64,000 nucleotides of DNA. It comes from Euprymna scolopes. Lineage: Eukaryota. The stretch lies in NCBI GenBank assembly GCA_053919585.1, contig CM132800.1; one strand, given 5' to 3'. The position numbers and the translations under genes are program-made. Numbering within the stretch: the stretch's first letter is position 1; each line of letters starts with the position of its first letter. Below, in pieces: positions 12,470 through 25,026 of the stretch. The notes below the pieces were generated by a model. It had not been told where the DNA came from, ran no database searches, and was given only the letters and a program-made list of their open reading frames with translations.

Positions 12470-14643
12470 ATGAAAAAGTTCAAGAAAAATACACGATTAA
12501 AGCCGGATCTCCAACTTCTAATGTAGATCCTCACTACCATGTTTCCTTCTAGAACATCAGGGGTCTATGTTCTAACCTTCCAGAGGTTGAAACCCAATTA
12601 CAGGAGACTAAACCAGACATATTATTTCTAAGCAAAACTGGCATTGGACAGACTATTTCCCTAGATGAGTTCATAATTAAAGGATACTCTAATTTAACTT
12701 CCAAATCTGACCCCCAAGATGGCCATGGAATATGGACCTATATTAAAGATGGCTTTCCATGCGATAGGGACATCTCCAGAGAAGATCCTAACTTACTCTA
12801 TATGTGCTTCCGGGTTGCACTTGCTTAAACTACTGCGTTTATATTTGCTCGCTATCGCCCCACAATAGCGGAGTTCCTATCTTTAAAAGCATATCTGAGA
12901 AAATTGACCACGTCCTATCTGCTTCAGCTAACATTCATGTCTGTGGAGACTTCAATGCTCACAATGTGGAATGGTTACCTCACTCAAATAAGACCGATGA
13001 TGAGAGGACTAAAGCCGCTTTCAGGACTGCCAGCAACTACTGTAAAAAAGTAATAAAGAATGCAAGAGAGCTGTATGCTCAGTCCGTTAAGCCCAAAATA
13101 GCTGAGCAGTAGCTTGGATCTCACCAGTTTTGGCAAATAGCAAACAGAATCGCTTATGACCTCACTCAAATTGTTCACGAACCCACCCGTGTGTCCGATA
13201 CTGACAGCCAGTATGCAAGTCTCCTGGACCTTTTTCTCACAACTTGCCCCGAACTGTGTTCAGTTTCCATTCTGTCCCCATTTGGGTCTTCTGACCACTC
13301 TGTTGTGTCAATTAAGATAAAAATGAAATGTAATAAGTCCTCAGATGTACCTCCCCATATCTCTATACTCTGTGGCTGACTGGGATAGCTTCTGTACATT
13401 TATATCAGATCTATCTCTGTGTTCTATGTTTAAAAAGGATGTGTATAGTATTAAACCTGATAGAATGGTTAATTGTAGATGTTGACCGTTTCATACCCTC
13501 GAAAAAGGTCCAGCAAAAACCTAATAGCCAGCCATGGTTCTCTCCAAAATGTGCTGCTGCCATTACACACAGAAATCACCTTTTTCATTGCTTCTAACGT
13601 AACAGATGTACTGAGACTAAAGCCGCTTTCAGGACTGCCAGCAACTATTGTAAAAAAGTAATAAAGAATGCAAGAGAGCTGTATGCTCAGTCCGTTAAGC
13701 CCAAAATAGCTGAGCAGTGGCTTGGATCTCACCAGTTTTGGCAAATAGCAAACAGAATCCATGTGCTCTATCCCAACTATCATCAATGGACCTGAGGTAA
13801 TCTCGTCAGCATTAGACAAAGCCAAACACTTTGCCAAGAACTTTGCAGCTAATTCTACCCTTTGCAACCAAGACTGCCAACTCCCAATATTTCCTCCTGT
13901 GTCAGAAAACATGCTATGTGATATACAAATATCTGTATGTGATGTTGCCAAGCTAATCAAAAACCTTGATTCCAGTAAAGCAACCAGCCCTGACAGTATT
14001 CCAATCATAGTACTCAAAAGACTTCAACCAGAACTAGCGCTCATCCTTACAAAACTGTTTAAACGTTGTCTTAAGGAGAATTGCTTCCCATCACCCTGGA
14101 AAATCTCATCAGTATGCCCTGTATTTAAGAAGTCAGGTGATTTCTTATCTTCCTCTCAGTACAGGCCAATAAGTCTCCTGTGCGTCATGAGTAAGTTGCT
14201 GGAATCTGTGTTAAATAGAGAAGTAAAGAACCACCTCAGCAAAAATAACCTTCTTAGTGACACGCAATATGGTTTCCGTTCGGCTAGATCTACAGCAGGT
14301 GTGCTTACAGTTATATTTCATAGGATTAGCAAATCTCTCGATGGAGGCTACCCTTCTAGGGCAATTGCTCTTGACATATCAAAAGCCTTTGATAGAGTAT
14401 GGCATAAAGGTTTACTTCACAAAATCTCCAGCTACGGTATAGCTAGAAATGTCTTTTCAATTATTAAATCATTTCTCTCTGATAGATTTATAAGAGTAGT
14501 GGTTGATGGGCTGAAATCAGAAGCCCACAGTATTAATGCTGGAGTCTCACAGAGGTCCATCCTGGGCTCAACTCTCTTCCTGATCTACATTAATGATCTT
14601 CCAAATCACAACCTTACGTCATTCGTAGACATTTATGCTGATC
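12470..14643 (+). mobile_element. CR1/Jockey-group LINE ORF2 pseudogene (APE endonuclease + RT), 3'-truncated at YAD
   Basis: Endonuclease motifs NIRGL, GDFNAH, LDLFLT, SDH. RT motifs YRPISLL, QYGFR, LDISKAFDRVWH, GVSQRSILG..LFLIYINDL, YAD. Stops and frameshifts are present. Confidence 0.93.
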
Positions 14644-15145
14644 CAAAAACTGAAAGAGAAAGATATTCTTACAGTACTAACACTTTGGACAATCTTTGGA
14701 AGAGTTGCAAATTTTTCTCCATCTACAAACCCACAACAGACCGATTCTTTATGGTGCTCTTACTAGCAAAAAGTGAGTTATTCCTGCTATTGCATCTACT
14801 TCTATGCCGCTCATAAGGTCTCTCTGTGACAGTGTTTAGTATTTTGGTTCTGCAAGAACGTTAGTATGCTTGAACTTTTTTTGGCTAGGAACAAAGTTTA
14901 TTGAATCTGAGTGAAAATGTTCTTCTAGCCTGAGGTAAATTTTGTTTTTGTTTTAATCCAGAGTATCTCTTTTTGAGGGAATTGGATTTTATTCACATTA
15001 AAAATTGACCTTGTGTCAAACTCTACTTTTGGGCAATTTATGGATCGAGCTAAAAATTATTATAATCGCTCCCAATGAAGTCTGAATTCATAAGACATTT
15101 TAAAATTGGTTCGTATAGGTAAACACCTTTATGAAATGTGTATGC

Positions 15146-15147
<2 letters not shown>

Positions 15148-15177
<30 letters not shown>

Positions 15178-15282
15178 CATCATCATCATCATCATGGTTG
15201 TAATTACATATTCCATAAATATTCAATTTAGACTCATACTGATTGGAAGGAATAAGTCAGCCAAATCTGAGAAGTCTCTACT

Positions 15283-15340
<58 letters not shown>
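15148..15340. repeat. (GAT)n abutting (CAT)n (15148-15195) and a second (GAT)n (15283-15340)
   Basis: Direct reading. Confidence 0.95.
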
Positions 15341-15697
15341 ATATTAAATTTTTTTGGAAAATAAAGGGTATCTCAGAGCAAGGGTTCTAGGCTTTTACGC
15401 TTATGTAATTCTATTTCAGTGGTTAGTATTTAATCACTTTTCCTAAATCTAAGTGAATATAATTCTCATATCATTTCACTTTGCGTAACACATATCTTAA
15501 CCCCTGATTAGCAAAAGAAGTGCATTCGATTGGCTGAGATTAATTATGTAACATACATGGTCCAAAGTAAAAATATTTTTTATTACTAATGAGTAAGTAA
15601 TTATCGAGGCCAAAAGCTACGTGCAGACAATGGTTGATGCAATGGAAAAATTATCAGTTGAATGATAAAATATTATAAGGCCGTAGCATATGATGAG

Positions 15698-15872
15698 TAG
15701 GGCTATGACAACAACATATTCTTTTCATTGTTTTCATTCTCGAGTATATATCCAATACAATTAGACACAATTAATCAACCGAGAACCACATCACTCTATA
15801 TAAAAATATAAAAGATATCAATGGATATATACCTGAGAATTAAAACAAGAATATGCTGTTGTCATTGCCCTA
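15698..15872. mobile_element. hAT-type MITE, 175 bp, with 8-bp TSD
   Basis: TIRs TAGGGCTATGACAACAACATATTCTT and AAGAATATGCTGTTGTCATTGCCCTA. Flanks ATGATGAG (15690-15697) and ATGATGCG (15873-15880). Confidence 0.85.
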
Positions 15873-16729
15873 ATGATGCGTGATATGAACAATGGGCTTA
15901 TAGAACTTAGAAGTTCCATCCAGATAAAGATGTTTAGGATTTGAAGTTGGCTATTTCATTTCATAGTTTGTGCCAATAACCATCATTAAAATAGTACCAA
16001 AACAATATTATAAAATTGGGTATTTATTGAAGATTCTTAAAAAAGATGATTTGGGGAAAAAGAAAGAAAAACCCACATATAAGAAAAGAAAAAGATAATC
16101 ACAAAACTACCGAAGAATATGAAAATCTAAATAAGGAAAATCAAAATAGTTACCCAACTATTTCGTATAGGTGAATGGTGGATATTATTTTGTGTTAAGT
16201 AGTATTCTCTAAGGCTTTTTGGAATGAACCGTTGCATCGACATAATAAAGCAGTGCCCTTTATCTCAGTCTTCCGTCAGATACAATTAAGATATAATCAC
16301 ACTCAACTGTAGCCATCTGTTCTGAAGGAGACACTTAAATTAGCTTATTGCTTTCTCCAAAGAATTCTCCAAGGGTTAGAGAGGCATTTGGAATTCTTAA
16401 GTGTCAAGCATTCTGCAATGTGCCAAATGGGAACGTGTCTGTGTGTGTGACCGTGCTTATGTGCACAAATATAGATGCATATGCATACAGATACTTTCGA
16501 AGATATGCTGGTACATAATCAGTTCTAAAAATTCTTCATAGTTCCTTTAATCTTTATGTTGGAAAATATTTCTGTGCATATTATTCACAGTAAAACGAGT
16601 TATATTTTGCCTCTTATATATATGCATGATAATATATGCAGATATTAGCAATTTGTAGTTGTTAAAAATGAAAACATGTAATATATTAATATAACTACCA
16701 TTAGAGAATAGAGTGAACAGACACAGGTC

Positions 16730-17140
16730 TATTTGTAAGAGTTAGGAATGGATGGAATAAGTTCAGGGAACCTCTGCCATTAATAAACAGCATAGCATTA
16801 CTACTGTCAACCAAGGGAAGAATTTATCTGGCATGTGTGTACATTGTGATGATGTATGGAAGTGAGGTCTGGCCATTGAGGTTTGAGGAAATGCATTACA
16901 CGGAATGAATAATACGATGAATGTGCAATGTGAGACAGGCTTAATTCTGATGACATCAGAGGAACAAGAGACTTTGATGGTATGATCACATTTAAAAGAA
17001 TTTATATTAGTACATGTAGAACAATTAAGGTAGTCGGTCCCGTTCACAAGGGAATGAAAAAAAAAAATAACATGTGAGCAAGTGATATATATAGATGAAC
17101 TTGAGAGAAGGTAGGATAAATAAAGACCTGAACATAAATA
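16730..17140 (+). mobile_element. RTE-clade LINE C-terminal fragment
   Basis: YLACVYIVMMYGSEVWPL (RTE LYGSETW motif) followed by IR*MCNV. Confidence 0.7.
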
Positions 17141-17559
17141 GATTGGAAATCAATTTTTACAGTTGTCCTCTTTTCCTTTTTAGAGGATTTAAAACTTTCG
17201 CATTTGAAAAAATTTATTTACAAGTTTGTTTTTTTGGAAAATTTAAGATTTTTTATTTTTAAGACTGTACATGTAATGAGATAGTTGTATAGTGGCAGTA
17301 GCGAGAGAAATAAAAATGAAGAAAGAGAGAAATTAAGAGACACGTATATACCAACAGAGAGTGAAAAAATCTATATTATAATAAAACTCTGTGTCCACAA
17401 AAATAGTATAGTTTTCAAGCAAACAAATCACAAATAAAATATATTTCCCTCATACACATCAAAAGCGATTGTTTATTGTGACTTTACATCAAGCAACGAC
17501 AATTTTTTTTTAATACTGCTTAGCAAATAACAAAAATATATGATAGAAGCTTAATTTTT

Positions 17560-19040
17560 TTAAATTTATATAAAGTGTGTTTGCATGTATTCATTGATAT
17601 ATACCGGATTTTTTCCTAAACGATTTTTATGAATTTGGAAACATGGTTTCAAGATTAAGAGGTCGCAATGTGTGGGCTACATTTAGTTTGATTTAGTTTT
17701 ATGCATCCGATATTTGTGAAATTTTGAGAACAGATATTTGCCATCAATTAATTACTGTTACATAATTTCAGTTTCTTTGGCATATATTAGAAAGTTTTAA
17801 GGGAAAATATTATAGGCTCTACTTTTCAATTTAAAATTTACATATTTCAGATTTTCATTGAATTTGAATTTGATTCATAGAAACCAATTAAACAAGTTTA
17901 CCTGAATTTCAGTTTCTTTTTAAAATTCTTAAAATTTTAGATCTGTAACCAAAATCATTTGGATGCAAAATGGAATAAGGTTTCTAGACATAAGGTTCGA
18001 TATCATTATATGTTTATTTTAATCTTCATAAGTGTACATAAAAGTGGTGCATATGTATTCTGTTTGAGAAATTAATTTTATCTTGGACGAGTATTCTAGT
18101 TATCTTAATTTCTGAATTTTCAGAAAACACATTCTAAAAAGTTAGTCATGTGCGCTGCGATTAAGTAATATTTCTATTATTTAAATAACAGATGCAAAGC
18201 TTTTTGACATTGAGACAGTTATACTAAAAGTTAAGAAAGTTACAATTAAGGAATCGGTTGTCTTGGTAACTGGAAGATTTCGAATTGCGTTCAAGTGAGC
18301 AACTGATTGGCTAAGCTGTCCACATCCACTGATAATCCAATTAGAATGCATATTTCTCTGGGAATTCTTTCAAGGTGGTCATTAAAGCAGGTGATGTTTT
18401 ATAATTGTCATTTTGGTGTCTGTTTTATAGCTTATCATCCCTTTAGATAATTATGACTGACATCTCTATCCTATATTCTATTTAAAATCTCTATTTATAT
18501 AAAGTCAGGCATGTGTAGGACTCATTGGTATCTACCAGATTCATTCCTAAGCGAAGTTAGTGATTATTATGAATTTTGAAACACGGCTGCTAAGAGCAAT
18601 AATGCTAAAAGTCGTAATATTTGGGCTGTATTTTAGTCTAATATAATCGTATACAAAAAGGGAAAATTAGGCTGCAAACCCTTTCTGATTTTTGTGAAAT
18701 TTTGACAACAGGTAATAGACATGATCTAATAAATATCCAAATTTCAGTTTCTTTCAAATATTTTATAGGGTTTTTAGAAGAAATATTATGGGCACAACCT
18801 TCCAATTTAAAATTTAAATATTTTAGATTTTTATTGAATTCTATCCATTTAACAAGATTATCGGAATCTCAATTTCTTTTAAAGGTCTCTGAAAATCAAG
18901 CCTTAAATTTAAGAGATTTTCTAGAATTAAATTGTTTAATGAATTTTGATCATAATTAGAATAAGGATTCTAGGCATAAGGTTTGGTATGATTATATGTT
19001 AATTTTAATCTCCAAAGTGTTATAATAAAACAAAAGTGGT
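17560..19040 (+). repeat. Two diverged direct copies (~17560-18050 and ~18487-19040) of a ~500-bp interspersed repeat, Helitron/HINE-like
   Basis: Shared blocks TTTGTGAAATTTTGA, AATTTCAGTTTCTTT, CAATTTAAAATTTA and GAATAAGG.TTCTAG.CATAAGGTT. A third, inverted copy lies at ~50700-51147. Confidence 0.7.
18192..18294 (+). CDS. Candidate exon (unverified)
   Basis: Acceptor ttaaataacag and donor CAA|gtgagc. Open frame (D)AKLFDIETVILKVKKVTIKESVVLVTGRFRIAF(K), phase-compatible with 19463-19582. Confidence 0.25.
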
Positions 19041-19183
19041 ATGAATTTTTTCAATAGCAAAACTTATCTATCTACAACCACTGTAAAAAATTTTCTTTTC
19101 TCCCTTTGTCTATGAAGAGGAAGAGAGAGGCATTCATACCTTTCCAATTATTATAGAAAGTTACTTACGACCATACCTAAATT

Positions 19184-19280
19184 TACATTTGGTATTCCTA
19201 AATTGACACCCATCTAAGTACTCACCAGGCTCAACATTACTTAACTTCTATAATCCTATGAGAACTAGTTTATAAACATT
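19184..19280 (-). mobile_element. Degenerate 5S rRNA-derived sequence (old SINE3 head or 5S pseudogene)
   Basis: Minus strand GAAGTTAAGTAATGTTGAGCCTGGTGAGTACTTAGATGGGTGTCAATTTAGGAATACC matches the 5S box A-IE-box C region. Confidence 0.7.
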
Positions 19281-19439
19281 TATACAATTTCAAGAAACTT
19301 TTAAGGATGGGAATAAATTCGTTTTAAGTAACTGAGTGATCCTGGCTATAGTAATCGACTAATACAATCTAGTAAGTCACCTTAAGGAACAGGAATTTGT
19401 GTTTGTAGCAGATAATATCCTTCAGTGTAAGGATTAGGT

Positions 19440-19820
19440 GTATTTTTCGATATCTCTCGCAGACTGCTCCACCATGTCATCCATATTTACACCAGCTATT
19501 CACATTCTTGTGAGGAGGAACCCGAATGTCTTCACAGTCATTACTTCACTTTTTTTCTCCAAAGATTTGCACTGGAGCAGACGTAAGGGAAATAAATCAT
19601 CAAACACACATTCAGACAAATGTTATTATGCAGTAACTTCATATTAGACTCATTAGAATGTATGTCGGTGGTTTCATTGATTGCGAATAAAATTAGTTCA
19701 GATTGCAATGGAATTAGCTTTTTCTGTCCTTGATCCAACAAATCCATTATCCTGCTGCTGGCCACAAAAACCATTGCTTAACTTTGATAATGAAGCAGAA
19801 ATCAATATTAACAACATGCC
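19440..19820 (-). pseudogene. Highly decayed hAT (Buster/GTF2IRD2-like) transposase fragment
   Basis: Across shifting frames: SLSK, SRIMDL, FAINETTDI (approximately AIDESTD), LLQCKSLE, CEDI. Confidence 0.4.
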
Positions 19821-20384
19821 ACAGAAATAACCTACAAAAGAAAATCTGCAGTCAGGAACTTGATAAGTAAGAAAATATTCTAATGCCTCGGGTTCACAGA
19901 GAGTAGACTCGGCAAATCGTATATAAGTGGTTTTCTATGAAGGATGACCTATCGATCAGTCGTCGCTAATTTCCATTCTGTTCTATTACTAATGGGAGGC
20001 TGAAGATGAAACCCACCTAAAGCGCTTCATCCACAATACTAAAGACAGAATACTTTGAGTTAATTGAACAATGATTGTAACCTCGAAGGCAAGACTATGT
20101 CTATAAAAAAATCAAGACAAATTAGCCTCAAACTCGGATTTGGTTTCTCCAGAGCAATGTTTCCCAAATTGAACTCCTCCTAAGAGCATTAGGGATACCT
20201 CCAAAAATGTTTTAGCGAATTAAATCTTTTTAATCTATTTTATTTCATATTTTACGATATTTATGGATTTCTGACTGTTTCTCCCATCTTGGCTATTATC
20301 ATTTTCACAATTTTCATGCATGTTTACTAGCAATAATATACTCCACTCGTTCACATATTTATTTTGCTAGTATATATTAGGAAC

Positions 20385-20790
20385 GAAGATATACTACACT
20401 CCCCTTCCTTACAGAGGAGATAATACCAGGGAGGATCATATCATGACTACAAGATAGATTCTATACTTCACCCCCACCTTAAGCTCCTCCCATAAAAAAA
20501 TTAGGAAGGTAATACCTGAAAGGATGGTATAATGAAAACAAAAAATACTACCCTCCTCCAAAAAAGGGATTGTAATACCTGGAAAAAGTGTATCATGACA
20601 AAAAAAAACAGATACTGTACTAACTCCCTCCCAAAAAATAGGGATGGTAATGACTGGGAGGATGGTATCATTACCAGAAGAACTGACATTTTTCATCGCT
20701 ACCTGTTCCCCTGAAAAGGAAAATGGTAAACCTTAAGAGAATGATATCATGATTATAGAACAGATACTATACTATGCACCCTCAATTGAG
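20385..20790 (+). repeat. Degenerate ~60-75-bp tandem array, with an inverted related block at 24520-24680
   Basis: Recurrent AGATACTACACT..CCCTCC..AAAA.GGGA.GGTAATACCTGG..GGATGGTATCATGAC. Confidence 0.7.
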
Positions 20791-20904
20791 CATAGAAAAA
20801 CAGTACATTAATCTGAAATAGTACAGTAAAATTAATTGAGCATTAAAAGTATAGTATAGGTTCAACTTCAGACAAATAAACACCAAATATGTATTAGTAA
20901 TAGG

Positions 20905-21000
20905 TAAGTCCTAAAATTCTTAGACAGTCCAACTGAAGTCCTAAAAAGTCCTAGACAGTCCAACTAAAGTCCTAAAATGTCCTAGACAGTCCAACTGAAC
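20905..21000. repeat. ~31-bp x3 tandem repeat
   Basis: Unit AAGTCCTAAAA.GTCCTAGACAGTCCAACTR. Confidence 0.9.
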
Positions 21001-21249
21001 TCATGGTCAAGTGAATGTAAACATCGGTTAAAAGATTTTGCAGCTAGTTTGTAATTCTTTTCTTATGAAAACATTAACTGATATAATGGGTAGAATATCT
21101 AAAAAGGCACAATAGATTAAATAAACGGTTCAATTTAAAATTACTGACTATGTAAAAGAGGAATTCTATGATTTACGTTTTTCACTGAATTTTATCAGAA
21201 TTTGAAATAATCCAAGATTTTCCTATATTTATTATTATGTATTCTATAT

Positions 21250-23035
21250 ACTAGGAATCATGCATCTGTCTGAGTTTAACTGATCATTGCTATGCAAACT
21301 TTTCCATGTGTCCTTCTTTAGTTTGGAAGATGGATCTTAAATATGGGCTTTGTATGCAGTATGCTTCTCTCCTGGCAACTGAGTAATCTCCAGACAGTTC
21401 TCATCAAACACTTACTTGTGTTTCCTGGAGATTGGCCCAAGATACTCCATATCTGTGTTGTACACGGTCTTGCATATTGCCTCCCACACAGCTTCCATAA
21501 CATGACTATCACTATTGTGACTGACTGACTGAGTTTCAGAAAAAATATTTCTGAACAGTTTTTGTTTTAAGCTTATTGACATTCAGTTTTAGTGCTATTT
21601 TTACTGTGTATCTTTTTGGTTTAATATACAGATTGAGCTTAGCAACCCTAGTGATACGTATGTCACATCTGTCCCTTTTCCTTATAATATAGTCTATTTG
21701 ATGCCAGTGCTTTAAGGAAGGATGAATCCATGACATCTTTTTGCAGATAGAGAGGCGAAACACAGTGTTTGTTGTCACCAGATCTTGCTGAAGAAAAAAG
21801 CCATTACTATTGCATTTTCCAACACCATGTTTTCTTATCACACCTTTTTAGGCGGCACTGTCATAGTCTACTCTTGCATTAAAGTCACCAACGGTGATGA
21901 GCTTGTCCAAATTTCGTGTCACACTTATGATAGTGTACAGGTCTTCATAGAACTTGTCTTTGATGTTATCAGGGTTTGTCATGGTATGCATTGATAAGAG
22001 TAGCACATTTCTTCCCATGTGTCGGTCGTTCACTCCTTTTTGAAGTCCAGCCTGTTTTCTCACAAGCTCATTTTTCACTGCAAAACCAACTCCAGCCTCA
22101 TTCCTATCCTCAGGTTCTCTGCCACCATAAAAGAAAGTGTACCTTCTTTTACTAATTCCACCTTCATTTGCTAGTCTTGTTTCACTTAGAGCAACAATGT
22201 CAATATTGTACCTGACGAGTTCGCTTGCAATGAGTGCAGTCTATCTTTGTGATTTGTCTGCATCATTTCTGTCCAAAAGTGTACGAATGTTCCATACAAC
22301 AATCTTGTCAGGTATCTGTTTTGTTTTTGTATTTCGACCACATTATTAGGATTCCTGCTGATTGTAACAAGCCAGTTAGGATGTATTGGAAAAAGCAATA
22401 TTTAGGACACCTTTTCTAGCCTGTTCTCCAAGCCACGAGGGTGAACAATGCTATTCTAGAGGGCTGCCCAGACACTCAAAAAGCTACCGAACTTCATTTG
22501 CACTCCAGTTAGTGGAGTGCAACCCTATTATCTGAGCTACTTGTGTGTAGGTTTGCAGCTATGACTTTCTGTACGCTTTGTACCTAGGATGATAGATAAC
22601 ATATGCTGAGAGTTTGTTTAAACTGAAGTCATTTGCACAGAGCCAGCCTCACTCTCTCATACAAACCTGCATGATACAGTGACAGGACAGGGTTGAGACA
22701 GCTGGAGGTCAGGTGCGATGAAAGAGCTGCTGGAAAAGTATAAGTACACCAGCCAACCGTCTATAGCCAAGGTCCTCCTCATTAGTGGTTCACCCTGGTC
22801 ACAAGTGTGTGGAAGGTACTTTAAACAGAGTTTAGGTCTGGCCATTAGTTCAACACAAGCACCATCGTCTGACAAGGTTTGGCAGGTCTGAGGTCAGTGC
22901 CTAGTGTATAGTTCTCAGAGCTTACATGCCAGATATTTAGGAGGTTAGTGAGGACCAGTGACCCATGTCCGCCTTATTAAGCACAGTAGCCAGGACTCGA
23001 AAGGTGCTACCATTACCATGATCCCCTCATACTCT
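21250..23035 (-). mobile_element. RTE-clade LINE, 5' half (5' UTR + APE endonuclease), inverted
   Basis: Minus-strand motifs ELVRYNIDIVALSETRL, GVGFAVKN, KDKFYEDL, GDFNARV, TNTVF, SWIHPSLKHWHQIDYII. The segment ends at RQMHDS*. Confidence 0.92.
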
Positions 23036-23039
23036 ATGA

Positions 23040-24518
23040 AGATGTATTATTCTTAGTTTAGTAAGAAAGCAGAAAAGATTAAAATCTATGCAAATGGGAA
23101 CGACTTAAAGAATGTTAAGGATGGTCTCAAGGAAATTTATAGTCCAACCCCCTCTGGATCATCATTGCAGATGGATCCACTCTCCTCACTGACAAAGACT
23201 TGATCCTGAGAAGGTGGGAAGAGACTTTTAAAAGCCATTGTATAATCCATAATGATGCCATTGATCACCTCCTCCAAATTACTGTAGACAAGGAAATAAA
23301 TGAACTCCCAACCCTTAGAGAGACTGAGAAAGCAATCCACCTGTTGTCTATTGGGAAAGCTCCTGGCTCAGACTCTATCCCAGCTGAAATATATAAAGAA
23401 GTCACCAGGACTCTAACTGAATAACTTCAGCTTTTTCACTTCATCTGGCAGGAGGAGGTACTTCCCTAAGACTTTAAAGATGCTTCCATAATACATCTAT
23501 GCAAGCTTAAAAAAAATCAACCAGGCTTGCAATAACTGTCAAGAAAAAGACCGCTTACTAGAGAGCTAATGTGAATTCCACAAGGATAGTGATGCTACTT
23601 ATATGGTGTTTGCTGCCAGGCAACCCCAAGAAAGGTATCAGGAACAAAACGTGGATCTATACTCTACCTATGTTGATCTAACCAAAACCTTTGACAATTT
23701 AAGCAGAAAAAGTCTCTGGAGAATCATGTTAAAGTATGAATGTCCTAGAAAATTCATTGACATCATACATCAGTTTCATGATGGTATGTTGGTCAGAGTA
23801 CAAGATGGTGGGGAGACTTCTAACCCTTTTGAAGTTTCAAATGGAGTGAAACAGGAATGTGTTTTAGCTCTTACCATGTTCAGCTTCATATTCAGGTACA
23901 GATTTGACATGGATCAGTTTTTAACATCAGAAAGCTACAAGCAAAATCCAGAGTTGCAACAGAAATTATCAATGACTTTCTGTTTGTTGATGAATGTGTC
24001 CTTAACATTACCTCTGAGGCAGACATGCAATGCGGTGCAGACATATTCTTGGAGGCCTGTGACAAAATTGGTCTTACAATCAGTACCAACTGAAGTAATA
24101 CATCAACATGCTCCAGGAAAATCATATGCAGACCCGACATTTTCTAGGAGCAAAGACTCAATGAAGTTGACAAGTTCACCTATCTTATCAGTACGCTCTC
24201 CCCCAATGTTGTCATTGACAAGGAAATCAACACCAGGCTTGCCAAAGCAAGTTCTGCCTTCGGAAGACTCCACAAGAATTTATAGAACAGAAGAGGAATC
24301 ACCTCCATAACAAAGAACAAGGTCTACAAACCGTCATACTCAACACTTTACTCTTTAATGACATACTAGAAAACTAAATCACTTCCACATTATCAGACTG
24401 AGAAACCTGCTGGACATAGACTGGCAGGAAAAGATACACAGAAGTCCTCACTCGTGTCAGGCTCCCAAGCATCCTTACTATCCTTATGAAAGCCCAACTT
24501 CACTGGGCTGGTTATATC
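23040..24518 (+). mobile_element. RTE-clade LINE, 3' half (RT), decayed and 3'-truncated
   Basis: GKAPGSDSIPAEIYK, YVDLTKTFD, NGVKQECVLA, FLFVDECVL, VDKFTYL, KAQLHWAG. Confidence 0.92.
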
Positions 24519-25026
24519 ATAATCTCAGGCAATATCTCCTCAATTTTTGGGAGGGATGTATGTGTAGTATCTGTTCCGTTGTCATGAGACCATGTTCTCA
24601 TGTATTATTTCCTCCTGTGGAGGGGCAGTGTAGTATCTCTTTTAGTCTCATGATATTATTCTCCCAGACATTAGCTTCTGCTTTAGAAACTATAGTATAC
24701 CTCAACACGAAATTGTTACAATCAGCTATTCATTAGCAAACTCGGAACATACATTATATATATATATATATACTAGCAAAAGTATAAAGGGGTTTATCCT
24801 TGCTAGTTATACTGATTGCATATTAGTTCGGCTGATAGATAATCAAAAGCGTTTCATTATCTTTCTGTTCTTAGCATGGATTTTCAGACAACAACAAGGA
24901 TAGATAGAAGAAGGTCATTAAATTCATCTAAAAATTTGGTAAACTCTGGAATGAACGAAGGCGATCAAGTTTTTTTCAAATAAATTCTAGCAAGAAATGT
25001 CAACTTCGGTAGTCAAATACTTTAAA

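Noticed and set aside
13469-14017. 182-aa minus-strand ORF
   Set aside because: Antisense shadow of the CR1-group ORF2.
14645-14816. C-terminal extension of the 351-aa RT ORF
   Set aside because: Read-through past the LINE truncation at YAD into unrelated, probably other decayed LINE, sequence.
22760-22850. Possible HDV-like ribozyme in the RTE 5' UTR (TTCCAC loop-like motif on the minus strand)
   Set aside because: I could not build the P1/P2/P3 pseudoknot with correct spacing from this decayed copy.
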